From the IMG/VR virus record IMGVR_UViG_2531839666_000032: a stretch of 43,524 nt of DNA; one strand, given 5' to 3'. The notes beneath the pieces are model-generated. The model had not been told where the DNA came from. It ran no database searches and worked only from the letters and a program-made list of their open reading frames with translations. The position numbers were made by a program, and so were the translations under genes. Position 1 is the stretch's first letter; every line of letters starts with the position of its first letter. The DNA is from a virus (lineage: Duplodnaviria; Heunggongvirae; Uroviricota; Caudoviricetes). Below are positions 37,188 through 43,524 of the stretch, in pieces.

Positions 37188-37877
37188 ATGAAAACAACAC
37201 TCTCAGAAAGACTTAAAGAAGCCAGATTAGCGCGAGGCCTTACACAAAAGGCGCTTGGGGATTTGGTCGGGGTTAGCCAGGCTGCTATTCAGAAAATCGA
37301 AACAGGGAAAGCTAATCAAACAACTAAAATCGTGGAGATCGCGAACGCTTTGGGTGTGCGCGCAGAATGGTTATCTTCTGGCGTTGGAAATATGTCAGAC
37401 AGTACAGTGCAACCAATACAATCAACTGTCAGCCATTCCAAATACTTCAAGATTGACGTTCTTGATATAGAAGTCAGTGCTGGGCCGGGAGTCATCAACC
37501 GTGAGTTTGTAGAAGTTCTACGCTCGGTTGAGTACTCGTTTGACGATGCTCGTCACATGTTCGATGGTAGGAAGGCGGAAAATATCCGCATCATTAACGT
37601 GCGTGGTGACAGCATGTCAGGAACGATCGAACCAGGTGATCTGCTGTTCGTTGATATCACAGTTAAATCTTTCGACGGTGATGGTATCTATGCGTTTCTG
37701 TACGACGACACAGCCCATGTAAAGCGCCTGCAAATGATGAAGGATAAGCTGCTGGTCATCTCTGATAACAAAAGCTACTCACCGTGGGACCCGATCGAGA
37801 AAGACGAGATGAACCGGGTGTTCATCTTCGGTAAGGTTATTGGGAGCATGCCGCAGACATATAGGAAGCATGGGTAG
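37188..37877 (+). CDS. cI: CI-type prophage repressor (N-terminal HTH, C-terminal LexA-like S24 autopeptidase domain)
   Basis: 229 aa from MKTTLSERLKEARLARGLTQKALGDLVGVSQAAIQKIETGKANQTTKIVEIANALGVRAEWL; C-terminal ...VRGDSMSGTIEPGDLLFVD...HVKRL; the ORF track extends 22 codons upstream across the operator. Confidence 0.85.
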   Translation: MKTTLSERLKEARLARGLTQKALGDLVGVSQAAIQKIETGKANQTTKIVEIANALGVRAEWLSSGVGNMSDSTVQPIQSTVSHSKYFKIDVLDIEVSAGPGVINREFVEVLRSVEYSFDDARHMFDGRKAENIRIINVRGDSMSGTIEPGDLLFVDITVKSFDGDGIYAFLYDDTAHVKRLQMMKDKLLVISDNKSYSPWDPIEKDEMNRVFIFGKVIGSMPQTYRKHG

Positions 37878-37998
37878 TACCAATTAAAAATTATCAACTG
37901 GGCATTGTGCTCATTCAGTAAAGAACTAATTCCTATCTTTGCTCTAGGTAGTAATATTAAGCCACCGCAATAATATCTTTACCTAACGGCGTAAGAAT

Positions 37999-38025
37999 CC
38001 CGGTCACCGTGCCGGGTTTTCTTTT
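37999..38025 (+). terminator. Rho-independent terminator after cI
   Basis: CCCGG-TCACCGTG-CCGGG hairpin followed by TTTTCTTTT. Confidence 0.6.
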
Positions 38026-38119
38026 GCCCTCCCCTCATCACACACACCGTTAAAAAAACCACCATAACCTCGCTTCAGTTATCGCTATGCGATTCAAGTC
38101 ACAAAATAAATCCATCCTA

Positions 38120-38196
38120 AATACAACCAGTTATATCTAAAACAACCAATAAAACAACTTTTGTTGTTGACGATAAAACAACTATAGTTTTAAATA
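38120..38196 (+). promoter_or_regulatory. oL/pL candidate: -35 TTGACG 38167-38172, -10 TTAAAT 38190-38195, overlapped by operator palindrome AACAAC-TTTT-GTTGTT at 38153-38168 and further AACAAC half-sites
   Basis: Read directly; same half-site family as in oR. Confidence 0.4.
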
Positions 38197-38388
38197 AGTT
38201 CATCGCAACAACACAACGATACGGCAACTACCTGATTCACCGTTGCGATGACCGCTTAGATCCGCAGTTTGAATTTCAGCAGGCTTCGGGGAGTGCGAGG
38301 GGTGAAACGGACGCGTGAACGTCGGTGTGACCAGCTGAAATTAACTCAACATTTCATACCTTAGTCGCTTCAACGAGGCGGCTTAGTT

Positions 38389-38679
38389 ATGACAACCGGC
38401 GGCCATCCACCGCCTGAATACGCGCAGAAGTCTCTATATGTTCAGCAGCCCAGCTTACGGGCAGGAGTTTTTATGGTTCATCAACATTATGGAACGCAGA
38501 CCGTTAATCGAGGTGCGGTCATGCCAGGAATGCTGGTCAAACACAAAGATGGTACCTGGACTGCATCAGCTAATTTACGCGGACGGCTTTATCTGCATCG
38601 CGGCATCGAGCGCACTTATACCCGTGATTTGCTCGTGGAAGTTTTTCTCGACGGACGCGGTAACGGCCTGAATCACTAA
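38389..38679 (+). CDS. Hypothetical protein (96 aa), first gene of the pL operon, in the position lambda kil occupies upstream of gam
   Basis: [73 protein letters not shown]; no family recognised; an alternative 77-aa frame overlaps. Confidence 0.4.
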   Translation: MTTGGHPPPEYAQKSLYVQQPSLRAGVFMVHQHYGTQTVNRGAVMPGMLVKHKDGTWTASANLRGRLYLHRGIERTYTRDLLVEVFLDGRGNGLNH

Positions 38680-38754
38680 TCCCCTTTCCTGTTTTCCTAA
38701 TCAGCCTGGCATTTCGCGGGCGATATTTTCACAGCCATTTTCAGGAGGTCAGCC

Positions 38755-39051
38755 ATGAACGCTTATTACATTCAGGATCGTCTTGAGGCTCAGAGCTGGG
38801 CGCGTCACTACCAGCAGATCGCCCGTGAAGAGAAAGAGGCAGAACTGGCAGACGACATGGAAAAAGGCCTGCCCCAGCACCTGTTTGAATCGCTATGCAT
38901 CGATCATTTGCAACGCCACGGGGCCAGCAAAAAAGCCATTACCCGTGCGTTTGATGACGATGTTGAGTTTCAGGAGCGCATGGCAGAACACATCCAGTAC
39001 ATGGTTGAAACCATTGCTCACCACCAGGTTGATATTGATTCAGAGGTATAA
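38755..39051 (+). CDS. gam: Gam, RecBCD inhibitor
   Basis: 98 aa [98 protein letters not shown]. Confidence 0.95.
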   Translation: MNAYYIQDRLEAQSWARHYQQIAREEKEAELADDMEKGLPQHLFESLCIDHLQRHGASKKAITRAFDDDVEFQERMAEHIQYMVETIAHHQVDIDSEV

Positions 39052-39056
39052 AACGG

Positions 39057-39842
39057 ATGAGTACAGCACTCGCAACGCTGGCAGGGAAGCTGGCTGAACG
39101 TGTCGGCATGGATTCTGTCGACCCACAGGAACTGATCACCACTCTTCGCCAGACGGCATTTAAAGGTGATGCCAGCGATGCGCAGTTCATCGCATTGTTG
39201 ATCGTCGCCAACCAGTACGGCCTTAATCCGTGGACGAAAGAAATTTACGCCTTCCCTGATAAGCAGAACGGCATCGTTCCGGTGGTGGGCGTTGATGGCT
39301 GGTCCCGCATCATCAATGAAAACCAGCAGTTTGATGGCATGGACTTTGAGCAGGACAATGAATCCTGTACATGCCGGATTTACCGCAAGGACCGTAATCA
39401 TCCGATCTGCGTTACCGAATGGATGGATGAATGCCGCCGCGAACCATTCAAAACTCGCGAAGGCAGAGAAATCACGGGGCCGTGGCAGTCGCATCCCAAA
39501 CGGATGTTACGGCATAAAGCCATGATTCAGTGTGCCCGTCTGGCCTTCGGATTTGCTGGTATCTATGACAAGGATGAAGCCGAGCGCATTGTCGAAAATA
39601 CTGCATACACTGCAGAACGTCAGCCAGAACGCGACATCACTCCGGTTAACGATGAAACCATGCAGGAGATTAACACTCTGCTGATCGCCCTGGATAAAAC
39701 ATGGGATGACGACTTATTGCCGCTCTGTTCCCAGATATTTCGCCGCGACATTCGCGCATCGTCAGAACTGACACAGGCCGAAGCAGTGAAAGCTCTTGGA
39801 TTCCTGAAACAGAAAGCCACTGAGCAGAAGGTGGCAGCATGA
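39057..39842 (+). CDS. bet: Bet (Red-beta) single-strand annealing protein
   Basis: 261 aa [89 protein letters not shown]. Confidence 0.95.
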   Translation: MSTALATLAGKLAERVGMDSVDPQELITTLRQTAFKGDASDAQFIALLIVANQYGLNPWTKEIYAFPDKQNGIVPVVGVDGWSRIINENQQFDGMDFEQDNESCTCRIYRKDRNHPICVTEWMDECRREPFKTREGREITGPWQSHPKRMLRHKAMIQCARLAFGFAGIYDKDEAERIVENTAYTAERQPERDITPVNDETMQEINTLLIALDKTWDDDLLPLCSQIFRRDIRASSELTQAEAVKALGFLKQKATEQKVAA

Positions 39843-40519
39843 CACCGGACATTATCCTGCAGCGTACCGGGATCGACGTGAGAGCTGTCGAACAGGGGGA
39901 TGATGCATGGCACAAATTACGGCTCGGCGTCATCACCGCTTCAGAAGTTCACAACGTGATAGCAAAGCCCCGCTCAGGAAAGAAGTGGCCTGACATGAAA
40001 ATGTCCTACTTCCACACCCTGCTGGCTGAGGTTTGCACCGGTGTGGCTCCGGAAGTTAATGCTAAGGCGCTGGCCTGGGGAAAACAGTACGAGAACGACG
40101 CCAGAACCCTGTTTGAATTCACTTCCGGCGTGAATGTTACTGAATCCCCGATCATCTATCGCGACGAAAGTATGCGCACCGCCTGCTCTCCCGATGGTTT
40201 ATGCAGTGACGGCAACGGCCTTGAACTGAAATGCCCGTTTACCTCCCGGGATTTCATGAAGTTCCGGCTCGGTGGTTTCGAGGCCATAAAATCGGCTTAC
40301 ATGGCCCAGGTGCAGTACAGCATGTGGGTGACGCGAAAAGATGCCTGGTACTTTGCCAACTATGACCCGCGTATGAAGCGTGAAGGCCTGCATTATGTCG
40401 TGATTGAGCGGAATGAAAAGTACATGGCGAATTTTGACGAGATGGTGCCGGAGTTCATCGAAAAAATGGACGTGGCACTGGCTGAAATTGGTTTTGTATT
40501 TGGGGAGCAATGGCGATGA
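39839..40519 (+). CDS. exo: Exo (Red-alpha) 5'-3' exonuclease
   Basis: 226 aa [94 protein letters not shown]. Confidence 0.95.
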   Translation: MTPDIILQRTGIDVRAVEQGDDAWHKLRLGVITASEVHNVIAKPRSGKKWPDMKMSYFHTLLAEVCTGVAPEVNAKALAWGKQYENDARTLFEFTSGVNVTESPIIYRDESMRTACSPDGLCSDGNGLELKCPFTSRDFMKFRLGGFEAIKSAYMAQVQYSMWVTRKDAWYFANYDPRMKREGLHYVVIERNEKYMANFDEMVPEFIEKMDVALAEIGFVFGEQWR

Positions 40520-40677
40520 AGCATCCTCACGATAATATCCGGGTAGGCGCGATCACTTTCATCTACTCCGTTACAAAGCGAGGCTGGGCATTTCCCGGCC
40601 TTTCTGTTATCAGAAATCCACTGAAAGCACAGCGGCTGGCTGAGGCGATAAATAATAAACGGGGGCTGTATGACTGA
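40510..40677 (+). CDS. orf60a-like small protein
   Basis: 55-aa [58 protein letters not shown] found by hand; overlaps the exo stop and the methyltransferase start. Confidence 0.6.
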   Translation: MAMKHPHDNIRVGAITFIYSVTKRGWAFPGLSVIRNPLKAQRLAEAINNKRGLYD

Positions 40678-41227
40678 TTTCACCGGAAGCAATACTCCTG
40701 CCGAACATCGCGACAGCTGGCGCACACCACCAGAGATTTTTGCTGCGCTTAATGCAGAGTTCGTTTTTCAACTTGATGCTGCCGCCAGCGAAAAAAACCG
40801 ACTATGTCGGCTTTTTATCTCACAGGAGCAGAACACATTAACCACTTCATGGCCTGAAGCAATGGGATATGCCTCTGGTTATGTCTGGTTGAATCCACCA
40901 TACAGCAATATTTCCCCTTTTGTGAAAAAGGCAGCCACTGAAAACAAATTCAGTAGTGTGGGATGTGTAATGTTATTGCCTGCTGACACATCTGTCGGAT
41001 GGTTTCATGAAGCGATACAAACCGCCAGTGAGGTCAGATTCATCACGGCAGGACGACTGGCATTTATTAACCCACTCACTGAGAAACCCGTCAGTGGAAA
41101 TAATAAAGGCTCGATGCTCATTATCTGGCACCCATACCCCCGTACACACTGCCACTTTACGACCGTTGATCGTGGAGAGTTGATGGCGTTCGGCTCAAGG
41201 ATTCTTGCCCGTCGGGAGGCTGCATGA
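40670..41227 (+). CDS. Orphan phage DNA N6-adenine methyltransferase
   Basis: 185 aa with catalytic motif IV NPPY (VWLNPPYSNISPFV); no adjacent restriction endonuclease gene. Confidence 0.8.
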   Translation: MTDFTGSNTPAEHRDSWRTPPEIFAALNAEFVFQLDAAASEKNRLCRLFISQEQNTLTTSWPEAMGYASGYVWLNPPYSNISPFVKKAATENKFSSVGCVMLLPADTSVGWFHEAIQTASEVRFITAGRLAFINPLTEKPVSGNNKGSMLIIWHPYPRTHCHFTTVDRGELMAFGSRILARREAA

Positions 41228-41307
41228 CAACCACGGAATGCATTTTTCTGGCAGCGGGCTTCATATTCTGTGTGCTTATGCTTGCCGACATGGGACTTGT
41301 TCAATGA
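41224..41307 (+). CDS. Putative 27-aa single-pass membrane micro-protein
   Basis: ORF MTTTECIFLAAGFIFCVLMLADMGLVQ found by hand; its ATG overlaps the methyltransferase stop (ATGA) and its stop overlaps the next ATG. Confidence 0.3.
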   Translation: MTTTECIFLAAGFIFCVLMLADMGLVQ

Positions 41308-41519
41308 CACATCAGCAGGAAAACGCCCTTCGCAGCATTGCCCGTCAGGCTAATTCTGAAATCAAAAAAGCCAGACAGCAGTTTCCGGATAAAAACGTCG
41401 ATGACATTTGCCGTAGCGTACTTAAGAAGCACCGCGAAACGGTAACGCTGATGGGATTCACACCGACTCATTTAAGCCTGGCGATCGGCATGTTAAACGG
41501 CGTCTTTAAGGAACGGTGA
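41304..41519 (+). CDS. Hypothetical protein (71 aa)
   Basis: MTHQQENALRSIARQANSEIKKARQQFPDKNVDDICRSVLKKHRETVTLMGFTPTHLSLAIGMLNGVFKER; followed by a terminator. Confidence 0.5.
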   Translation: MTHQQENALRSIARQANSEIKKARQQFPDKNVDDICRSVLKKHRETVTLMGFTPTHLSLAIGMLNGVFKER

Positions 41520-41540
41520 ACATGAAAAGCAAAATCATCA

Positions 41541-41563
41541 GGGAGCTACAGGCTCCTTTTTTA
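41541..41563 (+). terminator. Rho-independent terminator
   Basis: GGAGC-TACAG-GCTCC hairpin followed by TTTTTT. Confidence 0.55.
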
Positions 41564-41617
41564 TTGTTCGCATTCATCCTCAAGCGTATTAACCAACAAT
41601 TCAGGGATTAATGGAAG

Positions 41618-41836
41618 ATGGCAGACATCATTGATTCAGCATCAGAAATCGAAGAATTACAGCGCAATACAGCAATAAAAATGCGTCGTCAGAACTACCA
41701 GACTGTATCCGCAACTCATTGTTGTGAGTGTGGCGATCCGATAGATGAGCGAAGACGCCTGGCTGTTCAGGGTTGTCGGACTTGTGCAAGTTGCCAGGAG
41801 GAGATCGAACTTAAGAACAAACAATGGGGACTGTGA
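41618..41836 (+). CDS. TraR/DksA-family C4 zinc-finger protein (lambda orf73-like)
   Basis: 72 aa MADIIDSASEIEELQRNTAIKMRRQNYQTVSATHCCECGDPIDERRRLAVQGCRTCASCQEEIELKNKQWGL; CxxC...CxxC. Confidence 0.75.
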   Translation: MADIIDSASEIEELQRNTAIKMRRQNYQTVSATHCCECGDPIDERRRLAVQGCRTCASCQEEIELKNKQWGL

Positions 41837-41883
41837 TGGCCTCAAAGCAGCAAATTTCAACATCGTCCAACTGAGGTGTAAAA

Positions 41884-42162
41884 ATGTTCAGAATCATTTT
41901 TCCTAACACCTGGTACGTCGACCACCACGGCACTCCCTGCAAAATCCTGCGTTCTACCCACAACAAAGTTCACTACATCCGAAAAGGCAGAACATGTATC
42001 GCCAGCATGTTCCGCTTTAATCATGACTTTGAACCTGTGAATAAAGCTGATGCAGATCGGATAGCAGAAGAGATCGAAACGGCAGAACACATTAAGAAGT
42101 TACGTGACATGCGTTCAAAAAGCAGAGGTAACCATGGAATCATACAGCCTCACACTCGATGA
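41884..42162 (+). CDS. Hypothetical protein (92 aa)
   Basis: ORF MFRIIFPNTWYVDHHGTPCKILRSTHNKVHYIRKGRTCIASMFRFNHDFEPVNKADADRIAEEIETAEHIKKLRDMRSK with GAGGTG Shine-Dalgarno. Confidence 0.5.
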   Translation: MFRIIFPNTWYVDHHGTPCKILRSTHNKVHYIRKGRTCIASMFRFNHDFEPVNKADADRIAEEIETAEHIKKLRDMRSKSRGNHGIIQPHTR

Positions 42163-42505
42163 GGCCTGTCAGTTTCTTAAGATATCCAGACCAACCGCCA
42201 CCAACTGGATACGAACAGGCCGCCTACAGGCAACACGTAAAGATCCAACCAAGCCAAAATCTCCTTACCTCACAACACGGCAAGCCTGCATTGCGGCGCT
42301 TCAGTCTCCGCTGCATACTGTCCAGGTGAGCGCGGGTGATGGCATAACAGAGGAAAGAAAATGTCACTCTTCCGCAGAAATGAAATATGGTATGCCTCGT
42401 ATTCGCTCCCGGGCGGGAAACGAATTAAGGAATCTCTTGGCACAAAGGACAAGCGGCAAGCTCAGGAGTTGCACGACAAGCGAAAAGCAGAACTCTGGCG
42501 AGTAG
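42134..42505 (+). CDS. xis: Excisionase-like protein (AlpA/Xis-type HTH); the frame runs about 145 nt into int
   Basis: [38 protein letters not shown]...; position just upstream of int; true C-terminus uncertain. Confidence 0.5.
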   Translation: MESYSLTLDEACQFLKISRPTATNWIRTGRLQATRKDPTKPKSPYLTTRQACIAALQSPLHTVQVSAGDGITEERKCHSSAEMKYGMPRIRSRAGNELRNLLAQRTSGKLRSCTTSEKQNSGE

Positions 42506-43524
42506 AAAAGCTAGGGGATTTACCTGATGTCACTTTTGAAGAGGCCTGCCTAAGATGGCTTGAGGAAAAAGCTGATAAAAAATCTCTCGATTCAGATAAA
42601 AGCCGGATTGAGTTCTGGCTTGAACATTTTGAGGGTATAAGGCTTAAAGATATCTCGGAGGCAAAGATTTACTCTGCTGTAAGCAGAATGCATAACAGAA
42701 AGACGAAAGAAATATGGAAACAGAAAGTTCAGGCCGCCATCAGGAAAGGTAAAGAACCGCCTGTTTATGAACCAAAGCCAGTATCAACTCAGACAAAGGC
42801 AAAGCATCTTGCCATGATAAAGGCCATTCTCCGTGCTGCAGAACGCGACTGGAAGTGGCTGGAAAAAGCGCCTGTCATCAAGATACCAGCGGTCAGAAAC
42901 AAGCGAGTCAGATGGCTGGAAAAGGAGGAAGCAAAACGCCTTATTGATGAGTGCCCCGAACCACTGAAATCTGTCGTCAAGTTTGCGCTGGCAACTGGTC
43001 TGAGAAAGTCGAACATCATAAATCTGGAATGGCAACAAATCGACATGCAGCGACGAGTTGCCTGGGTGAATCCAGAAGAGAGCAAATCAAACCGCGCCAT
43101 TGGTGTGGCGCTGAACGATACCGCCTGTAAAGTGTTGCGTGATCAAATAGGCAAGCATCACAAATGGGTGTTTGTACATACCAAGGCGGCTAAGCGAGCA
43201 GATGGAACATCAACGCCTGCGGTCAGGAAGATGCGCATCGACAGCAAGACATCATGGCTATCAGCTTGTCGTCGTGCAGGAATTGAAGATTTCCGTTTCC
43301 ATGACCTCAGACACACCTGGGCAAGCTGGCTGATTCAGTCAGGCGTCCCATTATCAGTGCTTCAGGAAATGGGCGGATGGGAGTCCATAGAAATGGTTCG
43401 TAGGTATGCTCACCTTGCGCCTAATCATTTGACAGAGCATGCGAGGAAAATAGACGACATTTTTGGTGATAATGTCCCAAATATGTCCCACTCTGGAATT
43501 ATGGAGGATATAAAGAAGGCGTAA
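42361..43524 (+). CDS. intD: Tyrosine integrase of the DLP12 IntD type
   Basis: 387 aa [53 protein letters not shown]...; catalytic-region motifs [11 protein letters not shown] and VRRYAHL; stop at the window end. Confidence 0.95.
   Translation: MSLFRRNEIWYASYSLPGGKRIKESLGTKDKRQAQELHDKRKAELWRVEKLGDLPDVTFEEACLRWLEEKADKKSLDSDKSRIEFWLEHFEGIRLKDISEAKIYSAVSRMHNRKTKEIWKQKVQAAIRKGKEPPVYEPKPVSTQTKAKHLAMIKAILRAAERDWKWLEKAPVIKIPAVRNKRVRWLEKEEAKRLIDECPEPLKSVVKFALATGLRKSNIINLEWQQIDMQRRVAWVNPEESKSNRAIGVALNDTACKVLRDQIGKHHKWVFVHTKAAKRADGTSTPAVRKMRIDSKTSWLSACRRAGIEDFRFHDLRHTWASWLIQSGVPLSVLQEMGGWESIEMVRRYAHLAPNHLTEHARKIDDIFGDNVPNMSHSGIMEDIKKA

Noticed and set aside
38438-38671. 77-aa alternative frame overlapping the 96-aa pL ORF
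   Set aside because: Cannot be distinguished from the 96-aa frame by sequence alone; the longer frame was kept as the primary call and the ambiguity flagged.
41522-41611. 29-aa ORF MKSKIIRELQAPFLLFAFILKRINQQFRD
   Set aside because: Its coding sequence contains the terminator hairpin and U-tract, so it is probably not translated.

Overview
The window is almost entirely one lambdoid prophage of an Escherichia/Shigella-type host, lying in reverse orientation relative to the usual lambda map. It is a mosaic: the morphogenesis, cos and recombination modules are close to phage lambda, while the immunity region, nin/Q region, porin gene and lysis cassette are of the DLP12 / phage 21 type. Gene order from high to low coordinate is int-xis, accessory genes (TraR-like orf73, orphan N6-adenine methyltransferase), exo-bet-gam, cI / cro / cII-like, O (with ori iterons) and P, ren, emrE, ybcK recombinase, an island of uncharacterised cargo, an IS629 insertion, ylcH-ninB-ninE-ybcO-rusA-ylcG-Q, nmpC porin, S-R-Rz/Rz1, bor, cos, then the full lambda-like head and tail set from Nu1 to tfa. 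Protein identifications rest on reading the six-frame translations and comparing them with sequences I recall; no database search was run. The most interesting spots are a 460-bp ORF-free segment inside the AT-rich cargo island beside ybcK, the apparent absence of an N antiterminator with a possibly structured pL leader, an IS629 insertion with a 3-bp target duplication inside the delayed-early operon upstream of Q, and a translationally coupled methyltransferase / micro-ORF cluster.
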